The notes below the pieces were generated by a model that searched no databases, had not been told where the DNA came from, and was given only the letters and a program-made list of their open reading frames with translations. A DNA stretch of 32,000 nucleotides from Pyrodictium delaneyi (lineage in GTDB: Archaea > Thermoproteota > Thermoprotei_A > Sulfolobales > Pyrodictiaceae), in contig NZ_CP013011.1 in NCBI RefSeq assembly GCF_001412615.1, positions 1,590,001 to 1,622,000 on the forward strand, given 5' to 3'. The position numbers were made by a program, and so were the translations under genes. Shown piece after piece: positions 17,736 through 25,478 of this stretch; positions within the stretch are counted from its first letter, which is position 1; each line of letters opens with the position of its first letter.

Positions 17736-18566
17736 GTGGTAATCACCACCCCTCCATCAATATTTGATGCTGCAGTACTTGCCCGTACACTCTATACTGC
17801 CCTGGGAACAGAGGGGTGGAAGCTAACCATTATAGGTATGGGTAGACGTCTGCCATTGAAGCTGATAAGTGAGGCACGTCTTCCAGTATCCGTAGCATTA
17901 TCAAATGTATCTATGGAGCTTGAAGCAGAGCCCCCTGGACCCGTCTATATTGTCGACAATAGAGGCGAGCCGGCCTGGAACCTAGAACCTCCCAGGACAA
18001 TAATAATAGATTATGGAGGAACCTTCGCTGCAAGCTTTCACGATGCAAAGAGGGTAAGAGGGCTTGGAGCACCGAGCTTAACTTACGAGGCTATTACCGT
18101 ACTCTACGAGTTCTTCGTTCGAAGGAAGAGTTGGAGCCCTGACTACTCTAGTGCGTTCTCGCGGGATATCCGTAGTGGCGTATATCTTGCTAGAAAAGTG
18201 CTAGAGGCTATACAAGTGTTCGACAATTACATCGTACTCGAGCCAAGCGTTATAGCCTTCACTCTACGTAAAGTATACCTTAATAAGGGCTTGCTCGTTG
18301 ATCCCGATACATTCAAGCTCGAAGTAAACGTTGTAGACGGGGCCGTAGAGGAGCATATTACGCTCAAGACGTACTCTATTCGCGGTCTACGCAGCATAGG
18401 AAACATTGAGGTTAAGTTTAACGGCGAAGTGCTTGAAATACATGACCAAGAGGGCATGGCCTACCGGATAGTTATTGACGCATACAGACGTATAGCGTGC
18501 TGTGCATCCGGACTATGTGTTGGCACCGAGGAGGATGACGTCAATATTCCTAGACTAGAACCATAA
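17736..18566 (+). CDS. Hypothetical protein (start uncertain; the open frame begins at TTG 17595)
   Basis: A long protein-like ORF. The first 141 nt of the track ORF overlap the 5' end of the divergent SPOUT gene. In-frame GTG at 17736 or ATG near 17838 are more plausible starts. I recognise no family. Confidence 0.55.
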   Translation: MVITTPPSIFDAAVLARTLYTALGTEGWKLTIIGMGRRLPLKLISEARLPVSVALSNVSMELEAEPPGPVYIVDNRGEPAWNLEPPRTIIIDYGGTFAASFHDAKRVRGLGAPSLTYEAITVLYEFFVRRKSWSPDYSSAFSRDIRSGVYLARKVLEAIQVFDNYIVLEPSVIAFTLRKVYLNKGLLVDPDTFKLEVNVVDGAVEEHITLKTYSIRGLRSIGNIEVKFNGEVLEIHDQEGMAYRIVIDAYRRIACCASGLCVGTEEDDVNIPRLEP

Positions 18567-18584
18567 CCCTGTTTCGCCTAAAGG

Positions 18585-18935
18585 CTATTCGTTCAGTCTA
18601 TCTATTATCCCAAACTGTTGCAATATATCCAAAGTCTCACGTAGACCTCTACGTAGTAGTGTACCAGTTATACGACACGCTGTTAGATATGGTATGTCGA
18701 ACCCTAGATCTACAAGTATGCGTTTAATAACTGCCATACTTGCCTTGTCAAGGCTTATACATAGAGGGCTAGGTTGTGCGGGAACTACAGCCACGACGGG
18801 TCGTTCACCCGCCATATATGCGATGACTAGACATGGACTCTCCCTGCACATCGCTCTATATACTGCTGCAGCTTTGGGAAGTCCCTCCTGCTCCCCGGTT
18901 CTACTACCAGAAGGCCGCCAGACTAGTGGCCCCAT
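18585..18935 (-). CDS. Hypothetical protein (116 aa or shorter)
   Basis: It is more protein-like (…MAVIKRILVDLGFDIPYLTACRITGTLLRRGLRETLDILQQFGIIDRLNE) than the overlapping plus ORF 18694-19002, which is low complexity. Internal Met starts are possible. Confidence 0.45.
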   Translation of the reverse strand: MGPLVWRPSGSRTGEQEGLPKAAAVYRAMCRESPCLVIAYMAGERPVVAVVPAQPSPLCISLDKASMAVIKRILVDLGFDIPYLTACRITGTLLRRGLRETLDILQQFGIIDRLNE

Positions 18936-19160
18936 TGCCTGTCGCCCCTACCGGTTGATCCTCTGCATGCCAGACCTGGCAGATACTATTAGGGCTCACT
19001 AGCAGGCATAGAATATGGGTGCAGATAGCGCTTACTCAGAGAAGCCCTGCTCTACAGCCCTAAAGGGGCCGGTGAGCGGCTCACGCAGAACTGAAAGATC
19101 CCGACGTGATGATGCTCGGGCATAGGCGAGGCCCTTTGATATGGCGGGGAGGATGCGTTT

Positions 19161-19430
19161 ATGCCCCCTAAGTGGCTTACTACAGAAACCCTCATCAAGC
19201 TGGTTAAAAGGATGAGGGAGCGGTGGCCTGATGCAGAAGTTGAACGCATAGTCCAGAAGAGGAGCAAGCAGATCCTCTACATAAGAATCGGAGGAAAAAT
19301 GGTTAAGCTAATAGTATACCGTGATGGAAGGGTAAGAGCCTTCGGGGAGCCTGAAGGCGTTGCCTTGGCTCTAAGAAATATCGCTGAAAGGGTGCTAGGT
19401 GTTGGAGAGCATAGAGCCCCGGAAGGCTAG
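19161..19430 (+). CDS. Hypothetical small basic protein (89 aa)
   Basis: The ORF has balanced composition and its end overlaps the next gene's start by 32 nt on the same strand, suggesting an operon. I recognise no family. Confidence 0.5.
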   Translation: MPPKWLTTETLIKLVKRMRERWPDAEVERIVQKRSKQILYIRIGGKMVKLIVYRDGRVRAFGEPEGVALALRNIAERVLGVGEHRAPEG

Positions 19431-20154
19431 AGAAACACAGAGGCAGAGAATAGACGCCGCTATGGAGGCTCTTTCGAAGCTTCTCCGCGGAAACGTAGTG
19501 AATCGCGGCGAAGCTGTCAAGCTACTGGAGGAGGTGTACAAAGGTAAAGCAGTACAGCCATTGAGGGGCAAAGCATGGCCCGAGGATATATGGGATAAAG
19601 AAATGGCCACACTCTATGTTATAGCCAAATATGCCCTCATGCTCGATGAGGAGAACCCCAAGCTCTTCCACAAACTGTTCGACTATGAGGAGACTCTCGA
19701 GGAAACTGCTAACATAATCAGGGAGCACTCTGTCGAGGAGGCACGTAAACTTGCGTTATTCATGCTGGGCGGTAATGTTGACGATAACACTGTCGCCCGT
19801 CTCTTGAGAGTAATTGCAACAGCTGTGGTAATGGGGTTTAAGAGTGAAGATGAGTTAATAGACTTGTTGCGTAAGCTTAGCAAGGTCTTCCCGGAGCAGG
19901 AGCGCACTGTGAGGAAATATGCACGCTACTTCATAGCGCTTAGAGTCGCACAAGCTATAGCCGCTGGCATGATACGGTCACGCATAGATAAGGAGGCGTT
20001 CAAACAAGCACTAGCAGCTAAGATAGGACTCGAGAAGATAATGCCCGACGATGAGTACATAGCATTCATAGCATCTACAGTTTTCGAGGTCCCCCGCAAA
20101 AGGCTACAAAGGATACTGAGCATAGGGGAAGAAAAAAGAAGAAAGCAGAAGTAG
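19399..20154 (+). CDS. Conserved-looking all-helical hypothetical protein (251 aa)
   Basis: A long ORF with helical, K/E/L/A-rich composition and a basic C-terminal tail (EEKRRKQK). Three antisense shadow ORFs lie on the opposite strand. GTG start. Confidence 0.7.
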   Translation: MLESIEPRKARETQRQRIDAAMEALSKLLRGNVVNRGEAVKLLEEVYKGKAVQPLRGKAWPEDIWDKEMATLYVIAKYALMLDEENPKLFHKLFDYEETLEETANIIREHSVEEARKLALFMLGGNVDDNTVARLLRVIATAVVMGFKSEDELIDLLRKLSKVFPEQERTVRKYARYFIALRVAQAIAAGMIRSRIDKEAFKQALAAKIGLEKIMPDDEYIAFIASTVFEVPRKRLQRILSIGEEKRRKQK

Positions 20155-20263
20155 CATAAAGGGTCAGCCGCGGGTTCATCGCTCATCGCCCCGGAGACCC
20201 GGGGCTTAGCCCCTTGTAAGCCTCATCACATAGCAGCTGGACCAACGGATATTCCGCATTAAG

Positions 20264-21640
20264 TTAAGTGTAATAGTCTAGAGGCTCCTTTCTCTCTATA
20301 CGCTTTACCTCGTCTATTATAGCCTCTACTGCATTCATTAATGCCTCCTCGTCTATCGTCAGTGGCGGCGCTATACGTATCGTGGACACACCTGCACCTA
20401 TGACTAGATATCCGCGCTTGAACAGCCTCATGAGTACTGTTCCGAGCTCCTCTGATGCTGGCTCTTTTGTTTCACGATCCCTAACTAGTTCGACACCTAT
20501 CATTAGACCCTTACCACGCACGTCACCTATCATCTTTGTCTCCTCCATGGCATCCCTTAGGCGTTTAAGCACCTTTTCTCCAAGTCTCTCAGCACGCTCG
20601 CACAGCTTCTCTCTCTTGATGTACTCTATCACTGCTGTGGCTGCTACTGCCGCTACCGGATTACCTCCAAAGGTTGACGCGTGGCCTCCAGGTCTAATAC
20701 TCATGACTCGCTCGTTTCCTACGACAGCCCCTAGAGGCAGCCCATCAGCTATAGCCTTAGCCGTTGCTATGACGTCGGGTTTTACCCCCCAGTGTTCTAT
20801 TGCAAACCATCTTCCGGTCCTGCAGAACCCTGCTTGTACTTCATCCGAGACGAGCAGTATCCCATACCTTCTAGCAAGTTTCTCCAACTCGGGGAAGAAA
20901 TTGTCTGGCGGGACTATGTAGCCGCCCTCACCCTGTATAGGTTCAAACACAAAGGCTGCAACTTCTGACGGGTCAACCAGTTTCCCAAATATCCACTCCT
21001 CAATGTATCCTATAACCATGTCAGCACACTGCCGAGGATCGTCCACAGCAAAGGGGCATCTATACGGATATGGATATGGCGCATGAATTATGCTTGGTAA
21101 GAGGGGAGAGAAGCCAAGCCTCTGAACGGGCTTACTAGCCGTAAGCGACACAGCCCCCATAGTCCTACCATGAAATGCACCAAGGAAGGCTATGATGTAC
21201 TGCCTACGTGTTGAGTATCTTGAAACCTTTATCGACGCCTCTATACTCTCTGCTCCACTGTTTGTAAAGAATACCTTTGCTGGCTTCTCTACAGGTGCTA
21301 TCTCTACGAGCTTCTCGGCGAGCGCGACAGCTTCCTCATAATAGAAGTCGGTTAGACTATAGTGTATCAGTTTACGAAGCTGCTTAGCTGCTGCCTCTAC
21401 GACAAGAGGGTTACTAGAGCCAACGTTTAATACTCCGAGACCCGAGTTAAGGTCAATATACATGTTCCCATCTACATCGTAGACCACGTAATCCTCCGCA
21501 CGCTCAACTACAAGAGGGTACCACCTAGCAAAGCTCTGCATAATATACCGGTGATCCTTCTCTATGACCTTCCTGGCCTTGGGGCCGGGTGGCTCAACTA
21601 CTATGCGTGGATATTTTGGCTTGCTACTCTTACTCTCCAT
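20264..21640 (-). CDS. Class-III pyridoxal-phosphate aminotransferase (4-aminobutyrate/ornithine/acetylornithine aminotransferase family)
   Basis: The 458-aa product carries FTNSGAESIEASIK, LVSDEVQAGFCRTGRWFA, DVIATAKAIADGLPLGA (PLP-Lys region) and STFGGNPVA. Confidence 0.9.
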   Translation of the reverse strand: MESKSSKPKYPRIVVEPPGPKARKVIEKDHRYIMQSFARWYPLVVERAEDYVVYDVDGNMYIDLNSGLGVLNVGSSNPLVVEAAAKQLRKLIHYSLTDFYYEEAVALAEKLVEIAPVEKPAKVFFTNSGAESIEASIKVSRYSTRRQYIIAFLGAFHGRTMGAVSLTASKPVQRLGFSPLLPSIIHAPYPYPYRCPFAVDDPRQCADMVIGYIEEWIFGKLVDPSEVAAFVFEPIQGEGGYIVPPDNFFPELEKLARRYGILLVSDEVQAGFCRTGRWFAIEHWGVKPDVIATAKAIADGLPLGAVVGNERVMSIRPGGHASTFGGNPVAAVAATAVIEYIKREKLCERAERLGEKVLKRLRDAMEETKMIGDVRGKGLMIGVELVRDRETKEPASEELGTVLMRLFKRGYLVIGAGVSTIRIAPPLTIDEEALMNAVEAIIDEVKRIERKEPLDYYT

Positions 21641-21717
21641 TCTCTATCCCAAGTAGACAAGCCCATTATCAGCTTTAAAGACCCAGTCGCTGAACCGGCT
21701 TGCCGGGGTAGTAGAAG

Positions 21718-22032
21718 TTGAGCGGAGAGGCTGCAAAGGTCTATACCGGGTTAATTATAGGCTACAGGCTTGGATCAAACACACAGTATGAGAAGCAGGT
21801 ACTGATAAGGGTTGATGGAATAAACGACTCTAACACCGCTGCACAGCTGATAGGCTGGCGTGTACTCTATCGCGACAATAAGGGTAACGAGTACCGCGGC
21901 AAGATAGTAAGAGTGCATGGAAACAAGGGCGTCGTAGTAGCAGTGTTCAAGCCCAATCTACCCGGCCAGGCTAGGGGAGGCAACGTCTACATATACCCTC
22001 GCGGCGTCCAGCTGGTTTTTGAGACACAGTAG
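21718..22032 (+). CDS. rpl35ae: Ribosomal protein L35Ae (eL33)
   Basis: [34 protein letters not shown] matches the remembered Pyrococcus L35Ae [27 protein letters not shown]. An upstream GYRLGSNTQ block is also present. TTG start. Confidence 0.85.
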   Translation: [104 protein letters not shown]

Positions 22033-22147
22033 CATCGATACAGAAATTCTAGAGCCTAGGGGGATTAGGGAAGAGAGACATCACCTAAACAAATCATGCA
22101 CATGGGCTCCCATTTTCCCCGGGTTATTACCCACTTCCATCCTTTAG

Positions 22148-22591
22148 CTACGACCTTCCAACATCTACATTGATGATGTACTGCGGATGAATATCTCCAT
22201 TAATGTTTAGTTTGCGGAGGTACTGTGCAAGCGCCGATGGCCTGAAATTATCTGCATCAAGTTCATCTGGTTTTACCCATCTAAATCTGAGATGCTCCTC
22301 TCTAGGCTTTATCTCAGTGTTTCCGAGATTGCAGAGGAAGTAGAAACCTATCTCGTGCACTATTCCACTGCGACGTCTGTAGAACGATTCTACTATGAAT
22401 GCTAGCTTTGCTTCACCTATATCAAATATTCCTAGTTCTTCTCTTAGTTCTCTCTGAAGCCCCTGGAGTACAGTCTCCTCAGGCCTCACACGACCGCCCG
22501 GCAGCCGGTAGAAGTCGCCCTTCTTGCTTAGCTGGACGAGGATAAACCCATCACGCATTATTATGCAGCGCGCCGTCACCCTGAATAGCAT
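22148..22591 (-). CDS. Nudix hydrolase
   Basis: The Nudix box GX5EX7REUXEEXGU is present as GGRVRPEETVLQGLQRELREELGI. Confidence 0.9.
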   Translation of the reverse strand: MLFRVTARCIIMRDGFILVQLSKKGDFYRLPGGRVRPEETVLQGLQRELREELGIFDIGEAKLAFIVESFYRRRSGIVHEIGFYFLCNLGNTEIKPREEHLRFRWVKPDELDADNFRPSALAQYLRKLNINGDIHPQYIINVDVGRS

Positions 22592-22704
22592 TATCGAGCC
22601 CCGAATTTAGGGCAAATAGAGCAGACTTGAATATTAATTTACACAATGCATAGGTCTTTCACTCCTGCGAGAAGCTTTACGGTAGGTGTATATGGTGACC
22701 GGGG

Positions 22705-23634
22705 TTATATGCCTGGCACTATTACTGGTGCTTCTACACGGTCTCCTAGCTCTCGCATCTCAGCTGAAAGGATGTAAGCTGACTCGGCATCTTCTACCAA
22801 GGCTATAACATGCTTTCCGTATATGTCTACACCAACTGCTAGTGCCCCCAGTCTGGCTAGCATACCACGTATCTTCTGTAGCCTCTTGATTCCACTTATA
22901 CTGGCTATTTTCTCGCTAAGGGTGTCTATCAGTGTGGGCGCGTCGTCTATGTTATCGTAGACTATCCTCTCGAGGACCCCTACATGGCTATATACTGTCT
23001 CCACGAGCCTTTCGCTGTTTAGTGGTTTTCCAAGCCTGAATATTACTGCCCAGAGACCAGAAATGTCATAAAGCGGCATAGTAGATTCTTCTATCACCGC
23101 GCTACTTCCCTCTAGCGAAGCTATAGCAGTCTCAATGCCCCACATTCTAGCTGATATACTGTTAACTGTCACGGCTCCATCGTTAGCATAAGCGTCGGAC
23201 ACTAGACTACCTAGTATCTCTCCGAGGGCTGGGTTGGAGTAGTATAGCCCCCTACCCCAGACCTTAATTTCTACATCCTCTACTGCTCCCACCGTCCCAA
23301 GGCCACAAGCTTGTGCTATGACTGGCACATCTACCGCTACTGCTACTCCAATGCTAACTATGCGTGGTAGTAGTGTTAGAGTTGCATATGCTTCTACCTC
23401 TATGCACCGAGAGACACCAGTAGCAGTTAGTATAATTCCTGCATGAATAACGTGACTACTCCCTACCGTCCCTATCAAGATCACTCCCCAGTAGCTAGCA
23501 TTAGGTAATGATGTAGAGGCTAGATGTGGAGGGGGTAGTAACACTAGGCGATATACGAGAGAATATACCGCTATAGCCTTATCAGAACAATATATACATA
23601 ACGAGTTTAATGGAAATGCATCAACTATGTTCAT
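22705..23634 (-). CDS. Divergent GHMP-kinase-superfamily-like protein (function unknown; pantoate-kinase-like or phosphomevalonate-kinase-like are possibilities)
   Basis: It lies 42 nt downstream of mvk on the same strand. LIGTVGSSHVIHAG sits where GHMP motif II (PxGxGLGSSAA) would be. The C-terminal RLGALAVGVDIYGKHVIALVED resembles the GHMP C-domain G-A-x-G-x-x-SGxG-x-x-FAL strand. This is a weak, motif-level call only. Confidence 0.45.
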   Translation of the reverse strand: MNIVDAFPLNSLCIYCSDKAIAVYSLVYRLVLLPPPHLASTSLPNASYWGVILIGTVGSSHVIHAGIILTATGVSRCIEVEAYATLTLLPRIVSIGVAVAVDVPVIAQACGLGTVGAVEDVEIKVWGRGLYYSNPALGEILGSLVSDAYANDGAVTVNSISARMWGIETAIASLEGSSAVIEESTMPLYDISGLWAVIFRLGKPLNSERLVETVYSHVGVLERIVYDNIDDAPTLIDTLSEKIASISGIKRLQKIRGMLARLGALAVGVDIYGKHVIALVEDAESAYILSAEMRELGDRVEAPVIVPGI

Positions 23635-23676
23635 CTTCTACGCTTATCTGTCTAGTCTATACTTTCACCCTATGTG

Positions 23677-24630
23677 TTAGACATCACTTGCTACCGAGAG
23701 CCCAGCAGCGCCTAGAGCACCATTATATACCCGGAACCCAAGCTCCCGGAGACTGCTAGCAACATTGTCAGCTCTACTAGACTCTACGAGTGCTATCGCT
23801 GAGCCACCCATTCCAGCCCCAGTGAGCTTTGCCCCTAGAGCACCGTTAGCTCTTGCAACATGAACAGCCTTCTCTAGAGATACATGCGACACACCCATAG
23901 CATTAAGAAGCCCGTGAGCTACATCCATTAGCTCTCCAAGCCTTACAGCATCCCCACTTGATATTGCCTTGAGCGCTTCATCAATTATATTCTCAGCCAG
24001 CTCTAGCATCTCCTTGCCTATACTACCCAGCCGTCTTAGACGCCCAGCAAAGAACTCTACAGCAGAAGCTGTAGACCTGGATACTCCGGTATCTATAACA
24101 AGGATGACAACATCATCAAGTCTCCCCGCGTGTATAGGCTTAAATCCATCGCCGCGTCGATATAGTATGAATCCCCCAAAAGCCGCCACAGTATTGTCGA
24201 CACCGCTAGGCGTACCATGCACCACCTTTTCGCTCTCATAAGCGGCTCTTGAAATAAAATCTGGAGAGACGCTAAGCCCTCCAACACAAGCATAGGCGGC
24301 TGAAGCAGAGACTGCTACAGCTGCACTACTGCCTAGCCCGGCGCCCACCGGTACCTCGGAATCTATAACTATACTAGCTGGCCATAGAACTCTATCACCA
24401 CCCGCTATATATTCAAACGCCTTTTTTAAGTTACAGAATATCCTACACCTTTTAGAGATATCCTCAACGACACCAAGATTCCTGGATTCAACAACTATAC
24501 CTTCATGAAGAGATTCAGCTATAACGCGCGAATATATACCTATAGCGGAAGCTATAGCCCTGCCCCCATGTACTACCCAATGTTCCCCGAAGAGTATGAC
24601 TTTAGCTGGTGCCTTTGCATAACACCTCAA
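23677..24630 (-). CDS. mvk: Mevalonate kinase
   Basis: APAKVILFGEHWVVHGG is GHMP motif I in its MVK form, PVGAGLGSSAAVAVS is motif II, and KLTGAGMGGSAIAL is motif III. Confidence 0.9.
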   Translation of the reverse strand: MRCYAKAPAKVILFGEHWVVHGGRAIASAIGIYSRVIAESLHEGIVVESRNLGVVEDISKRCRIFCNLKKAFEYIAGGDRVLWPASIVIDSEVPVGAGLGSSAAVAVSASAAYACVGGLSVSPDFISRAAYESEKVVHGTPSGVDNTVAAFGGFILYRRGDGFKPIHAGRLDDVVILVIDTGVSRSTASAVEFFAGRLRRLGSIGKEMLELAENIIDEALKAISSGDAVRLGELMDVAHGLLNAMGVSHVSLEKAVHVARANGALGAKLTGAGMGGSAIALVESSRADNVASSLRELGFRVYNGALGAAGLSVASDV

Positions 24631-24969
24631 GGAGCTTGTCCCTTCCCCTAATCCTAGGATACACTACAGCTTGGATGCAGGCCTAATACAAGTCTCGCCA
24701 CAACATGCAATCATGATAATGCTCTATATAACATACTATTGTCTAGCCGAGAACACTACACAAACCAAACAACATATGTTCATGCCGGATATCTAGTGTT
24801 AACCGTGAACTAGCTTTTGTGGCAGCAACTGCCTCTACGACACACGTTTAAAGCAGAGGAGGATGTAAATCTAGAAGTATACAATTGTAGGAAGCAGTCC
24901 TAGGGTGATGAGAGAGGAGTACTGGCGTAAAAAGACGTGAGCGTAGGCTCAAGCTTCAGTCTTAGGAAG

Positions 24970-25158
24970 TTAGCTGCATATTGGGTAGTCGTCTGGTACC
25001 TTGGCGCGGAAGTACTTGCCGGTTTCTGGGCTCTTGAATAGGCCTATCTTTACGCCCTTCCTGCCCCTGGGGGCTAGCTGCCACACCTTGATGGGTACTA
25101 GCTCAACCTCCTTACCAGTAGTCGGGTCACGAACCTTCACAGCCTTCTCACACGCCAT
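24970..25158 (-). CDS. cren7: Chromatin protein Cren7
   Basis: The 62-aa product is near-identical in pattern to Sulfolobus Cren7: [54 protein letters not shown]. Confidence 0.95.
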   Translation of the reverse strand: MACEKAVKVRDPTTGKEVELVPIKVWQLAPRGRKGVKIGLFKSPETGKYFRAKVPDDYPICS

Positions 25159-25216
25159 ACACTACACACCTCTCTAGGCTGTCCTCTTTCTCGTGTAGTA
25201 AGTATCTCTTCTACTC

Positions 25217-25225
25217 TTTTATAGG
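25217..25225 (-). promoter_or_regulatory. TATA box candidate for cren7 (minus-strand cctataaaa), with an SD-like GGTG 8-9 nt before the ATG
   Basis: The minus strand reads gCCTATAAAAgagtag...agagaGGTGtgtagtgtATG. The TATA element is about 60 nt upstream of the start codon, which implies a ~30-nt leader carrying a Shine-Dalgarno-like element. Confidence 0.5.
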
Positions 25226-25478
25226 CTTTACGTTTGGGGCCGGTAGGGGAGTTTTCTAGCCCTCCGGCACCCGCTGGGAATACATTTGTATTACCCTGCA
25301 GCCGGGGGCGACTGCTCCACACTAGAGCTAGCCCGGTATTATCACTATCTAGGCTGTATAGGAGATCCTGGAGCCCCTAACACTGCACTCGACAGCCAAC
25401 TGCTCGACCACCGATACATGGGCTACCTGGGAGAGTTTACGCTAAAGCCTCCAGAGCTACCGCAGCTCTTTTACCCAG

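Noticed and set aside
18694-19002. 102-aa plus-strand ORF competing with the minus-strand 18585-18935 ORF
   Set aside because: Its composition is low complexity (R/S/T/A/L-rich). The minus-strand product looks more like a folded protein, although neither has a recognised family.
19106-19112. Perfect C boxes (GUGAUGA at 19106 and 24905; AUGAUGA at 13469) as additional C/D sRNAs
   Set aside because: No CUGA D box occurs at the required distance, and there are no usable D'/C' boxes or terminal stems. Isolated 7-mers like these are expected by chance.
20382-20921. 179-aa plus-strand ORF, with similar long antisense ORFs at 7325-7807, 9474-9881, 6790-7291, 5398-6006, 10251-10921, 15112-15607, 16144-16599, 19395-20186, 23969-24241, 25608-27287, 28567-28821 and 31525-31782
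   Set aside because: Each is fully embedded antisense, or out of frame, in a gene with strong family signatures. Their Ser/Pro/Thr/Leu-rich compositions are typical of the opposite strand of GC-moderate coding DNA.
25237-25320. tRNA-like 5' end gggccggtagggga...
   Set aside because: There is no T-arm (GGTTCGAATCC-type), no complementary 3' acceptor strand, and the D-loop lacks the conserved GG. The ttcgaatcc at about 30843 is also not flanked by a T-stem. I found no tRNA in any intergenic region by eye, and tRNAscan-SE should confirm this.
25137-25322. 61-aa minus-strand ORF upstream of and overlapping cren7
   Set aside because: It spans the cren7 promoter/TATA region and overlaps the cren7 start in another frame. 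Its composition is implausible.
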